NCBI RefSeq assembly: GCF_030684315.1 | Contig: NC_081363.1 | Coordinates: 40,455,254 to 40,519,253, forward strand | Direction of reading: 5' to 3' | Source of the DNA: Stegostoma tigrinum | Taxonomy: Eukaryota | DNA length: 64,000 nt | Shown: in pieces, positions 41,619 through 54,654 of the stretch | Layout of the letters: the number at the start of each line of letters is the position of its first letter | Position numbering within the stretch: position 1 is the stretch's first letter | Notes under the pieces: model-generated | Told to the model about the DNA's origin: nothing | What the model saw: only the letters and a program-made list of their open reading frames with translations | The model's database searches: none | Made by a program: the position numbers and the translations under genes

Positions 41619-41899
41619 AGAATCCCTACAGTGTGGAAATGGGCCCTTTGGCCCAACAAGTCCACATTGACCCTCAGCGCATCCCACCCAAACCCATCCC
41701 CGAAAACTACAGGCAATTTAGCATGGCCAATCCACCTAACCTGCATATCTTTGGACTGAGAGGGGAAACCGGAGCAAACCCACACAGACACGTGGAGAAT
41801 GTGCAAACTCCACACAGACAGTCGCCCAAGGTTGGAATTGAACTCAGGTCCCTGGCACTGTGAGGCAGCAGTGCTAACCACTGAGCCACTGTGCCACCC
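41619..41899 (-). mobile_element. tRNA-derived SINE (HE1-like), full length
   Basis: A box TGGCTCAGTGG, B box AGTTCAATTCC, core tgtgtggagtttgcacattctcc, tail gtagggattct. Confidence 0.88.
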
Positions 41900-42716
41900 A
41901 AGGAAACACAGTCAGCAGGATCAAAAATCACAAAACATTCCCTAAAATAAAATCTGAATCTGTACCTACACTAAATGTTTTCAGAGGTTCAAGTAGGGAT
42001 CTCACAACACCACTTTTTCTCAAAGGGAATTCAGGATGGACAATAAATGCTGGCCTGGCCAGCGATACTTACATCCCATGAATAAATAAAGAAAAATGGT
42101 AAGACTTACAGATCTGTGGTGTCTGTTTAAGGGCAACCTTAAGCAAGCCCTTGCAAACAGATTAATTGCAGAGTGAAGATACATTGATTTCTAAGAAAAG
42201 TTTAGGCATGCTATGCATATGAATGCAGTAAACATAGATAATTCTATGTTGCTAAGCAATTTAGATCACAGCAGCTCCATTATTTCACTGATGATATCAT
42301 AATAAAGCAAATACCACTAAGTGACAAATAAGTTAAAAGGAGTACTGCCGTCTATTTCAATATGACCTCTCCCTTTCAAGCTTTTCCTTTATAAGTGGAA
42401 ACAGCAAGTACCTTTTGATATTTTCAATACCTTTATCAATGACACAGTATAAGAGCTGCAAAAAGATATGCAAATGTGATCCAGAAATTCAGCAGTGACC
42501 TTTCCGTCTACTTCCTACTTGATGGAGAAGCAGTGAACCTCTATTTACATTGTTCCAAACTCCAACCATGAATAAGCTCACGAGTGGTGAACTGCAGCTG
42601 TAATTTCTGATTAACAGGAGTGTGATTTCAAAGAACCTTCGGATTATACTGGAAAAAATGAGATTTTTTTTAAGTGGTCCAACAATTTTATTATTTCAAA
42701 TAGGATCCGCTACTAT

Positions 42717-43079
<363 letters not shown>

Positions 43080-46000
43080 TCACCCCTTACTATTTTTGAG
43101 AGGAAAAAAGTGTTGATTTGACAAATTACTGCTCATTTCTGTATCTGAATGAACAAAATAGCTTTTCAAAATATATTCTGCTCAACCTCACTTAGATAAC
43201 TGTATAACTGCCAATGATGAGGACAAATTTCTTGTTTCTAGCCATCATGTTTCCACTTAGAACTGAATACCACTACACTACGTGAATTATTTTCATTTTC
43301 ATTGAGATCCTTAGTCTTGAACATTTATGAATCAGTGTTCCATAGGGTGGATATTCTCTCATTTAAAGGGTTGACCTTCATATGCATAAGGTGCTTTGAC
43401 CTGCCTCAAATTTAGTCAAAATGCTGATCCTCAGCAAAATGACCTTGGCCATTAAGGGGCCAGATCTGCAAAATGGACAGTAGTAGCAGCAGCTACCTAC
43501 AGTAAACGTCTTGAGCTTGGAGGTATATTCCTCCTCAACACTGCAGAAAAATTAAAAGGAGTTTTCCTTTAGTTATCTCCTTCAACCAAACTGCCATTCT
43601 GACCATCAAGAAATGATAATTGGGTCCTATATGCATCTTTGTGCTATTATTAATAATTCAAGTAGGCTTACTGCTTGACTCAGGGATGACTGTTACTGCT
43701 TCGCACTGGGACAAGGGAAACAATGCCGGAGCTAAAAGAACAGCAATGAGTGGGTCACTTTCTACAATTTCTGGATTTGTTCTCCCATGTCCACTAGAAT
43801 GGGGCTTAAGCATTCACCTAGATATTGAGCATAACACCCACAAACATCTATTCAGTAACTTTGCACATTTATACACCTACCTTCTTTACTGTCACATTAT
43901 ATTCTCAGCTGGCGCAAGTTAAAAATTGAAGTTACACATGCAAGTAGATGTTTCCTATTTGACATTGACAGCGAGCCCACTAATTTGTTGGAAAACAATG
44001 CAGGAAATCCATTCTGTCTCTGTTCAGTTAAATCCACCTGGTTTCTACAACTGCTGTCTCTACAGAAGCAGTTGTAGTTTCACAGGAATTTTGAAGCTTT
44101 CCCTCCATCACGATCTTTCCAGCAATGCACATATTGGCTTATACCACTACCTTTGTAATCACTTGCTCATGATACTGGGATTAATCCAGTGCTGACACCA
44201 TTTGAGGTCCTGCTTGCTAGCTCTCTACTTAGCTCATTAAATTCTAATCTTAGGACCTTATCCTTCTCTCCTACCTATACTGTTGGCACCAATGTGGCCC
44301 ATGAACTCTGGCTACTTACACTTACTCAGAAGAATATTCTCCACCTAGAAAGTAATATACCATCCTAGGCTTACAACCTTTTGTGCAGAAACACCTAAGT
44401 ATTCTTGAATGAATGCACTACCCCTGCGTCTCTTCAACTCTGCTTCCTTCTCTCCCTTATAGCTGGCTTAACTTGTGATGCCACAGCCTTAGCATAATCA
44501 CATTCTTTTGAGGGAACATCACCTTCACCAGTATCTGAAACTGGCTTTTGAGCAGGACCTCCAGGGACACCTGCATTAGCTACCTGGTTCTCCTGAACTG
44601 TCTGATAGTTACCCATTCACTATCTACTCGCATACGTCTATCCAGAGCCATGATGCCCCCTTCCCCTGAACATGCTATCCACATAACTCTCAGCTTTGTG
44701 GATGTAGCACATTGACTTCAGATACCACTTGAGTTTTGAAACTTGGAATTTATGTTTCTGCTGCCTGTGACATTTACTGCAAACAAAAATTTTTTCTCTA
44801 GGTTAAGTGAAGTGTTCATGGTCCCTCACATGGCACAGGATGGGCATTCCTCTTGGCTGAGCTGCCCTGCGTTACTTAAATTTACTTTTATGTGATTTAC
44901 TTTAAACTGAATACAAGAGGTTTACAAATTTACAATTCTCCTATGATGACACTCTTACACACCTTTATTTTTAAACTCAGCCCTCTTCTGCCACTTTTCA
45001 ACTCCTTATCTTGTTCTTGGATAGCTGCAATTCATATGCTGCAGGTAGACACACAATGCCATCGGGAGGGAGTTCCTGAATTTTGACCCAGTGACACTGA
45101 AGAAATAGTGATGTATTTTCAAGTTAAAATGGTGAGTGTCTTAAAGGGCAATTTGAGGAAGTGATGTTCCCACGCACCTGGTGCTTTTGTCCTTCTAGAT
45201 ATTAGAGTTTGCAGGTTTGAAAGGTGCTGTCCAAGAAGCCTTGGTGAAATTCTGTAGTATATTTTCTGGATAGTGAACACTGCTGCTACTGTACATCAGT
45301 GGAGGAGAGAGTGTATGTTGTCATGGTTATATGGGGTAACAATCATGCAGGCTGCTTTGTCCTGAATGGCATTGAACTTCTTGTGTGTTTTTGGGGCTGT
45401 ACTCATCCAGACAAGTGGGGGAAATTCCATTACATTTATGATTTGTGCCTTATGGGCAGGTTTTGAGGAGTAACGAGTGAATGACTCAGAAGACATAGAC
45501 TCTGACCTGCTGTTGCAGCCACAGTACTTACATAGTTAGTCCAGTTTAGTTCTTAGTCAAGGTAACCCACAGGATGCTGACAGTGGAGGATTTAGCAATC
45601 GTGATGTCACTGAATATTAAGGAGCTATGGTTGAGTTAGTTCTTGTTGGAAATAGTTTTGCAACTGATGTTACAATACTAACCCAAGACTGGATGTTGTC
45701 CAGTTCTTGCTACATGTAGGCATTAGCCAGTATCTGAAGAATCACAGACAGTGTTTTTTTTATATCAGGTGAAAGTGGTTGGACGAGAGGAACTCATGCA
45801 GTAATGTCAGGGCTGAGAGGATTAATCTCCTTCGACCACATCAAATATTCCTTTGTGCTAGGTATGCCTGATATCAAGGAAAGATCTCCCAAAGTCCCCT
45901 TCCATCATTTCTACAAGGCTGGCTTTCAATTTCAAGTATACTTCTTGGATAGAGTTCAATTTCATCATCTGCCTTAATTGCATTTGATCTCTTGTCCTCA

Positions 46001-49000
46001 AAGATTTAGCCTGCACCTCTGGACTATGAGTCTAGTGCAATGCCACTGTGCTACCACCTTTCAAATGCTTCAGTCTTGTCTTTTGCACAGATGTGCTCGG
46101 CTTTCACCCCAGTGGAGATGGGCGCATTGTGAACACAGGAGAGGAGCATTGGCAAAGTACAAGAGCAGCAGGAGGAAAGACCAATGCCAGCTAGTCTCAC
46201 TTCTGCCCACATAACACCTACTTGCATGCTCTAGGCATCCGTGTCTTGCTTTGCTATGCTGTGCCATATCTGTTACTAAGCAAAGCCAAAAGCTATCAGT
46301 ACTGTTGCATTGACAAGCTATTTAGTGAGGACAGGCAGATAGGCAGGCTGCTTGCCATGCTTGTGATAGGCATCTGCACAAGTTGTGGTCACCCTGATGT
46401 ATGGCACACCGTGACATCAATTTGACATCTACCACATTGGCCAGCTGCCATCACTGCACACATATTGAATCTTTATTTAACTAATTGACGCTGTCATCAT
46501 AGAGGGACTAAATTTCAGCCCAGTCAAAGTGGGAAGTCCACTATCTGTCAGATGTCATAGGCAAGGTCTGCACACACTTCAGAGGATTGGCCATAGTCAA
46601 ACATCTGTGCATGGTCAGTGGATATGTTTAACTGCAGCCTGGAGAATGACCAGTAGTCCATCCTGTCGGGCCATCTGTTGCAGTCAGGATCTGATCAGTC
46701 ATGTCAAGGGGTTCGCTTGTCAAAGTTGATCAGAGGGCTGGGGAAAATTCAGTCCCGGGGCAAATGCAGTCCTGGGGATTCACCCGTTCATCATTCAAGA
46801 GGATGCAAGAGTTGCCTACAGAGGTGATAGTGGGGGCTTGGGGATGTTCATTGTGTGAAGGAGTCAAGGCTGAGAGAAGAGGCATGTAGAGATAGGACAA
46901 GGATGGTGATGGGGTAAGGTCAAGATTTATCGGTATGACAGGTCGGCACAACATCGAGGGCCGAAGGGCCTGTACTGTGCTGTAATGTTCTATGTTCTAT
47001 GTTCTAATGCCACATGCTTCATTCCCTAGAATTACCATATTACAGAAACATAGAAGATAGGAGCAGGAGGAGGCCATTCAGATTTTAAATCACACAAATG
47101 AGTAGTGATTTACAATTAATAGTGACTAGCATAACAAAAATATCAAAAAGTTCTGTTATACTACGTTCTGAAGAAAAGTACCAAATTACTTCAAAAGCAT
47201 TGAAGAAACTGATATCGGGAATACATCGGCACTGAAGCAATGTCTCTGGTCAGGCTTTACCTCAAATACGATGACAAAAGTGAAATATTATGGATACCAA
47301 ACATCGGGAAAAAAACTGCTGGGAATAAAAAATCAACAGGTCAGGCAGCATCTATGTAGAAGGCAACAGTTAACATTCCAAATCAAAGATCTTTTCCTCC
47401 ACGGCGGTTGCACAGCTTCTTGAGCATGGCCATCTTGCACTCAAGTCCTCTTCCCTTTTCCTTCCTCTCTGAACTCTAAGCGTTCCCCTTGCCCTCATCT
47501 TCCACATTCAAGTTGAGAAGGGAAAGGTCTAAAAGAGACCTAAGGAGCAATTTTTTTCACGCAGAGGATGGTGCATTTATGGAATGAACTACCAAAGGAA
47601 GTGATGGAGGCTGATATAGTTACAACATTTAAAACAACTGGATGGGTACATGAAAAGGAAGGGTTTAAGAGGGATACAGGTGAAATGTTGGCAAATCTGA
47701 GTAGATTAGTTTAGGCTATCTGGTCATTATGGACAAGGTGGACCAAAGGATCTATTTCCATGCCATATCACTGTCAGTCTACTTTTTCTGCCACTTCCAG
47801 CATAATGCTGCAACACCAAAATACATCTCCCCCTCCCCTTCTAGCCTTCCAAATGGATTGTTCTTGCTTCCCAGTCTTCTACTGCCCTAGTTTATACAGA
47901 TGCAAACACAGGATGTGCAACACTTGACCTTTCAACACTTCCCTTAATGTCTTCCAGGGGTCCCAAATACATCTTCTGAGTGATTACCTTGTACTTCTTC
48001 CAAATTAACATTCTGAATTGCCACTCAAAATACAGTCTCTTCAGCACTAACAAGACATAAAAATGCTGAGTGATGACTTTATTAATTATATCAGTTTTAG
48101 CTTCTGGTCACTGGCTACTTTAATTTGCCATTCCACCTTGACCTTGTTGTCCTTGGCTACCTGAGTACTGTTCCATTAAATGGAAGCTTACAGTGCAGCA
48201 CCACTCATCACTCATCACTTCACAGCTTTAACATTAAGCCAGTGGTGGTAGTCTACACTCTGAATATCCGTCTTTATGTAACTCTCCTGACTACAGGAAC
48301 ATTCTCTACTTCAACAGGTTTTCCAGGGATTCATAATTCTCCACCCTACTGCTATTCTCATGTTTATACCTCCTCTGAACTCATCTATTTTCTCTTTTCT
48401 TGTGATCATTCACACTACATTGTGCCTTGTACTAACATCTATTTTAGTTAATGAATTACTCTTTTCTTCTACCTTATCAGTCACCCTTCAGTTTGTTCCT
48501 TTCCAACACCCTTTCACTTAATTTCTAATTGTTTAAAAAAATGGTTAACCTCTACCTTCTTTCAGTTCTCATAAAAAGTCATTGATGTAGTCACAGACTG
48601 TATTTCCTTTCCTACAAGTACTGCCTGGTTTGCCAAGAGCTTCCAGTGAGAATACAAAAATGCTATAATGTTCACTTCTGTTGAGCAAGATATAACAAAC
48701 ATTCAAGTCAGAAATTATGCAGAGAAGAGTCTTGAGGCTAATCCGTAAAGTGAGAGAACTATGAGTATAGGTAAGAAACACCTGGACTCTTCAGCTTTGA
48801 AAGATGTGGCAAATAAGAGCAGATACTATAGAAATGTACATAATTTTAGGTGAAACAGAACAAGTAAATTCTGCCATTTATTTCAAGTTGCATGAAATGT
48901 CTGGAAACAAAAGACTTGCATTTTTGCAGTGCTTCTCAAAACCACTGAATAATTCAGTAGTAGATCATCCCCAACTGGGTAATTCAAACTTCTTTACAGC

Positions 49001-49185
49001 CAATGGAATGCTTTTGAAGAATAACCATTGTTGCAATATAGAAAACAATGAAGCCAATTTGTATACAGCAAGGTTCCACAAAAGCAATTTGATTATGTGC
49101 AGAATCTTTTGGCGATATTGATTCAGAAATAAACATGGAACAGGGATAACTCCCCTCCTTTCTTAAAATAGTTCTCAATCTTAAA

Positions 49186-49358
49186 TTAAATTCTTATCTG
49201 TTGTCTGAGATAGATTCCGTGGATAACAAAGTGTGGAAGGGTCTAGGCCCGAAACGTCAGCTTTTGTGTTCCTAAGGTGCTGCTTGGCCTGCTGTATTCA
49301 CCCAGCTCCACACTTTGTTATCCAATGAATCTATCTCAGACAGCAGATAAGAATTTAA
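49186..49358. mobile_element. PLE-pLTR insertion with 52-bp inverted repeat that includes flanking DNA
   Basis: 49186-49237 is the reverse complement of 49307-49358 (3 mismatches). The pLTR body lies at 49238-49323. Confidence 0.85.
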
Positions 49359-50038
49359 TACATCATCTGGAAGACCACACTTCAAGCAGTGAACATAAAA
49401 AGATTTTGGAGCAGAAATAGACCATTCAGCTCAGTGAGTCTGATCTGCCCTTAAATGAGATGATAACCAATCTGATAAACCTCAAGTTTTTCTACCTTTC
49501 TCCCCATACTCCTTGATGGGCAGATTTTTAACCGGTCTATCTCAGCCTGGGCTACACCTAAAAAATCAGCCTCCACAGGTCTCTGTGGTTAAAAAAACTC
49601 TCAGAACAGCAACGTACAGTAGGCTTGATTTTGTGAAATCCTAAAGTGGGGCATTAACCTGAAACTTTTTGGCTTGGAGGCAATACAGTTACCAAATGAG
49701 CCACAACTAAGACTGACAAGGCAAGGGCAAACCAGTAAAAGACAAGTTTTAATTTGATATTATTTTCATGATAATAACACTTATTGTTGTTCAAGTCATT
49801 CAAGAGTATTTAGGTGGGGAGGGGGGAGGTGGTCAGTGTTGAGGGATGCAGTGAGCCATAAAAAGAAAATGACCAGCATTTATATAGTTTTTGAGATCAC
49901 CAAATGACTCAAAGCACTTTCTAACTAATGAAACACATTTTTGAAGTACAGTCCCTTCTCTAATGTAACAAATGCAGAAGCCAATTTGTGCTCAGCAAAC
50001 CCGTACAAACAACAATGGCCAACAATCTACTTTACTGA

Positions 50039-50230
50039 GATAACAAGGTGTAGTGCTGGATGAACACAGCAGGCCAAGCAGCATCAGAGGAGCAGGAAGG
50101 CTGACCTTTCAGAAGGGTCTAGACCCGAAATGTCAGCCTTCCTGCTCCTCTGATGCTGCCTGGCTGCTGTGTTCATCCAGGTCTACACCTCGTTATCTCA
50201 GATTCTCCAGCTTCTGCAGTTCCTACTATC
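50039..50230. mobile_element. Mini fold-back PLE-pLTR element
   Basis: Inverted arms. TSD TCTACTT(T/C)ACTGA at 50026-50038 and 50231-50243. Confidence 0.87.
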
Positions 50231-53200
50231 TCTACTTCACTGATGTTGATTGAGGGACAAATACTGATCAAGTCAACAAAAACAATTCCATTGTACTTCT
50301 TTAAGATAGTGCCATGGGACAGGGCTCTCTTTGTACTGCACTGGAGCATTAGCCTTGAGTTTGTGTTTGGCTCTGAAGTGATACTGTTGTACATTTCCTG
50401 TGCTCTGCTTAGCTCACAGAATCTGGCCCTGCACTTACCTCAGGGGAGGTGATGGCCTGGTCGCTTTGTCACTTGACTGCTAGTCCAGAGACCAAGCATG
50501 TTCTGGGGATCCAAATTCAAATCCCTTGATGGCACATGGTGAAATTTGAACTCATTAAAAAGGAATGCAGAATCAAGAGTCTAATAATGACTATTGTTGA
50601 CTGGCAACCCGTCTGGTTGTCCTTACTTGGTCTGGCCCAATTGTGACTCCAGGCCCACAGCAATACCCTATTTATCCTCTAGGCAATAAATACTGGCTTA
50701 GTCAGTTACACCTTCATCCCGTGAATGAATTCAAAACCTTATCTCCTCTGGGTCTACACAACAAATTTTGGATATTTATGTAAATGCATGTTTGTCGGGC
50801 ACGCATGTGACTTTCCTGTTGCAAGTGAAGTGCTAACCAAGTGTCTCGAAGCAAGATTAGAGGGCAGTGACAATTGAAATGAACACGTATAATTAAAATC
50901 CCATTTAAAGCCATACATTTCCTCCTTTTTTTCTTACAATTTACAGTAATTACCAGAACATACAGCAATTTGGAAATTATCAAAATCAAGTTGGTTGGAA
51001 CACAGGAGTTTCTTCACTATTTCTGGGTGTGGATGAGAATTTCTTATGGTCAACAAGTTGTAATGATGTGGAATGTGTGCCTGAAAAATTAATGAATGCT
51101 GGTTTGGTGGTACTATTAGATCTCTGTTTAAAAAGGAGAAGTATTATAAGACTCTCAGAAAAGAGTAGAAGGTGAGACTAATTGGAACGAGTGTTTTCAG
51201 AGAACAGGCAAAATGGACTAAATATTTCTAGTGAGCTGAAAGATGCAAAATTCAGTCTCAGCAGTACCACCAGGAGTGGGAGGATGTAGTTTTTGCATGG
51301 CAAGTTTGCATGGGCTGTTTCCAGCCTGAAAATGAACATATTGATGTACTGTGTATTGGAAAATTGATAAAAGGAGGTCAGGTTTTGTAGATATTTGTAC
51401 TCAGACATCATTTTTAAATTACAGTTATTCACCTGTTGTCTTAGTTTGTCCACCAATTAACTTTGGACTGTTTTGTTAATTCTTTTAACTAGAATTCTGG
51501 TGATGATCATTGTGATCAGTTGCCTAAAATATAGCTGCTAACAAACTGTACCTCACTGCGTGTTTACAAAATGTATGCAAAGTGAAACCTTCCCTGCATT
51601 TTCTCAAATATTACATAGAGATATATGGATGAGAAAAGCCATACGGTGTCAGCCACGCTCAATAGGGGTTAGTGGCTAGGACTGTTGCCTCACAGTGCCA
51701 GGGAGCTGGGTTCGATTCCACTCTCAGGCCGTGTGGAGTTTGTACATTTTCCCATCTGTGCATGGGAGTGGGCAGGTGGGTTTCCTCCACTACCTCCCAC
51801 ACTCCAAAGGTGTGCAGGTTAGGGGAATTGGCCATGCTAAATTACCCACAGTGTGCAGGCTAGGTGCATTCGCCATGGGAAATGTAGGGATGGGGGTTGG
51901 GGGTGTTGGGTTGGACATGATATTCTTTGGAGGTTTGGTGCAAACTTGATGGGATGAATGACCCGCTTCAACACTGTAGGGGTTCTATGATTCTATTCCA
52001 TGAAATTATGTAGCGAAGTAATTATCAAAGAGCTGGCTCTAGTTCCTTAAAGAAGCATAGGCTAGTGTGGTGGTAACCAGGAAATTTGCTTCAAATATTG
52101 AAGTTTCAAGTTTTCATGCAAATATGTTATTTCAACTGGACTGATAAGAAAGTACCACTTTGATAATACATCATTATTTGAATGGTTGTAAATTAAGAGG
52201 AGAATGTTCAATGAGACTTGGTGTCATCATGCACCAGTCATTGAAAATAAGCACACAGGTGCAGCAGCAAAGAAAGCAAACCGTACGTTGGCCTTCAAAG
52301 CTTGAGTATTTGAATACAGGAATGAGGATGCCCTTGCTGCAATTATTCAGGCCACACATGGAATATGACTGAAGTTTTGGTCTCCTTACCTGGGGAAGGG
52401 TGTCTTGCTATTGAGTAAGTTCAGTGAAGGCTTATCAAATTGAATCCTGGGATGGTAGAACTGATGTATGAGGAGAGATTGACACAGTTAGAATTGTATT
52501 AACTGGAGTTTAGATGAATGAGGGGGGGAAATCTCGTAGAAACCTACAAAATTCTAACAGGGCTAGACAGGTTGGATGGAGGAAGAATGTTCCCAAATGT
52601 GGGGGAGTTCAGACCAGAGGTCATAATTTAAGGACGAGAGGTAAACCTTTTGAACTCAGTTCTGCAGAAATTTCTACACCTGAACAATGGTACACCTGTG
52701 GATTTCATGACCACAGAAACTAGTTGAGACCAAAACATTGTTTTCAAAGTATACAACTATATGTACCTACATATAGCTCTTGTGACTCGTGATTAAGGCA
52801 TATTTGCGGGTGGGGAAGCAGGCGCGAAGGAAGGAGGAGGAGGAATGGGCAGGCCTAAGGTATTGAGTTCAATAATCAACCGTGATGATATTGAATGGCA
52901 GAGCCGAGTCAAATCCTGCTCTTAACTTCGATGTAACTTCAGATCCTGCATATAAATCACGCAAGGGTAGAATTGGTCGGATGGCAGGTCATTCTTATTC
53001 CCAAAAGACTATTCATTTAGGGAACAAATTACAGGCTTACACATATAGTGCGTCATGAAAAAGGGCTCGATCAGATAATTCCTGAATAGGGCGGCTCACT
53101 ATAGTACTTTTGCCTCACTAAGCCAGGGCCCAAGTTAATTCCAAACGCGAGTGACTGTCTACGTGGAGTTTGCACATTCTCCCCGCATTTGCATGGGTTT

Positions 53201-53277
53201 TCTCCCAAGATGTGCAGGCTAGGTGGATTAGCCATAAATGGGGAGTTACGGCAATAGGGTTGGACGCCCTTTGGAAG

Positions 53278-53468
53278 ATAATGGGAACAGCACATGCTGG
53301 AGAATCTGAGATAAACAAAGTATGGAGCTGGATGAACACAGCAGGCCAAGCAGCGTCTTAGGAGCACAAAGGCTGACGTTTCGGGCCTAGACCTGAAACG
53401 TCAGCTTTTGTGCTCCTAAGACGCTGCTTGGCCTGCTGTGTTCATCCAGCTCCACACTTTGTTATCTT
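53278..53468. mobile_element. Mini fold-back PLE-pLTR element nested in a SINE
   Basis: Near-perfect palindrome centred on gacgtttcgggcCTAGacctgaaacgtc. TSD GCCCTT(T/C)GGAAG at 53266-53277 and 53469-53480. Confidence 0.9.
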
Positions 53469-53733
53469 GCCCTTCGGAAGGTTGGTGCAGACTCCACGAG
53501 CCGAAGAGCCTCTTCCCACACTGTAGGGATTCTGTGACTGAAAAATAAAAAAAGGAAGGATACTAAGCATCACAGATCATGTTGATATGGTATGCTGGAT
53601 TGCGGGGTGGTGCTAGAGAAAATCTCCCTTGGACATATCGTGCCTTCAGATTACACGGGAACTAGGATGATTAACGTATCACTGACTGCGATGCAGCCAG
53701 TTTGTCTTCACTTCTCGATGTAATTTATGAAGC

Positions 53734-53900
53734 AACAAGGTGTGGAGCTGGATGAACACAAGAGGCCATGCGGCATCAGAGCAGCAGGAAAGCTGACGTT
53801 TCGGGTCTGGACCCTTCTCTGATGCTGTGTGGCCTGCTGTGTTCACCAGCTCCACACCTTGTTATCTTAGGCTCCGTCATCGGCAGATCCTAGTATCTCT
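53734..53900. mobile_element. Mini fold-back PLE-pLTR element at the promoter edge
   Basis: aacaaggtgtggagctgg...ccagctccacaccttgtt inverted arms. Only a degenerate TSD. Confidence 0.8.
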
Positions 53901-54147
53901 GAGTAAACTCATGAGGCGTTAGCGCAGCAAAAGCCGGACGGCCTGTTGGCACAGGCTTCGAGAGATAAACTCCACGTTAGGCTCTGTCATACGGGCCAGG
54001 CCGCACCGGTCATACCGAAAGACAGCATGCACGAGACTCGCTCCCAAACCGCGTGCGCGCCCGATTGAACACACCGAAGTGGGACAGGGAGACGAGCTCA
54101 CTCCCTGTCAAACCCACCAGAAGCTCCTTCTGGATCCTTCCACTCAC

Positions 54148-54400
54148 CGACCAACTGCCCGCCCGGAAACTCTGGAAAGCGATAGCTCGAAGAGTTTTCG
54201 ACCACGCACATGCGTAGAGCCAAACCCTGCCAACTGCCCGCCCGGAAACTCTGGAAAGCGATAGCTCGAAGAGTTTTCGACCACGCACATGCGTAGAGCC
54301 AAACCCTGCCAACTGCCCGCCCGGAAACTCTGGAAAGCGATAGCTCGAAGAGTTTTCGACCACGCACATGCGTAGAGCCAAACCCTGCCAACTGCCGGAT
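54148..54400 (-). other. BAG5: Predicted BAG5 non-coding exon 1 (5' boundary unknown)
   Basis: Consensus donor TCG|GTGAGT on the minus strand (GT at 54147-54146) inside the CpG-rich region, head-to-head with COA8. Implies a ~23.7-kb intron 1 (30416-54147). TSS cannot be read from sequence. Confidence 0.55.
54151..54396. repeat. Tandem repeat, 79-bp unit x3.1, copies identical
   Basis: Unit ccaactgcccgcccggaaactctggaaagcgatagctcgaagagttttcgaccacgcacatgcgtagagccaaaccctg starts at 54151, 54230 and 54309, with a partial copy at 54388. Confidence 0.97.
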
Positions 54401-54483
54401 CGCTTTCACGACAGGATGTCGGTTCCTTACTGCCGTAAACTGGAACAGCTTCGGACAGGGCGGATGGTTGTGTGTTGTCAGTG

Positions 54484-54654
54484 ATGAGCTGTAGGTGCCT
54501 AACTGTCTTTTCGTTTGTTGGAAAATTATCGAGAACAAGAATATTTCATAGTACCCGGGTAAAGGAAACTGGAGGGGACAAATACGTGGTGTTGGGAGGA
54601 AGGTGCTGTCCAGTTTCGAGCAGTGCTGCTGATCAAAGTGACAATGGTACCGAG
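54484..54654 (+). CDS. COA8: Cytochrome c oxidase assembly factor 8 (APOPT1), predicted coding exon 1
   Basis: ATG at 54484, 57 codons MSCRCLTVFSFVGKLSRTRIFHSTRVK...DNGTE. The first 27 residues are Arg/Ser-rich and acid-free, like a mitochondrial presequence. Ends at a phase-0 donor GAG|gtatat, compatible with phase-0 exon 2. Confidence 0.75.

Larger units (their letters stand above)
53900..54483. promoter_or_regulatory. CpG-rich bidirectional promoter BAG5/COA8
   Basis: Only CpG-dense non-transposon stretch in the window, between divergent first exons. Contains ETS-like CCGGAA and the NRF1-like palindrome ACGCACATGCGT. Confidence 0.8.

Noticed and set aside
54151-54396. CRISPR-like array
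   Set aside because: Units are contiguous and identical with no unique spacers; eukaryotic promoter context.
54010-54538. 123-aa and 146-aa minus-strand ORFs as novel proteins
   Set aside because: They result from the stop-free 79-bp repeat cycling through frames; no recognisable domain.
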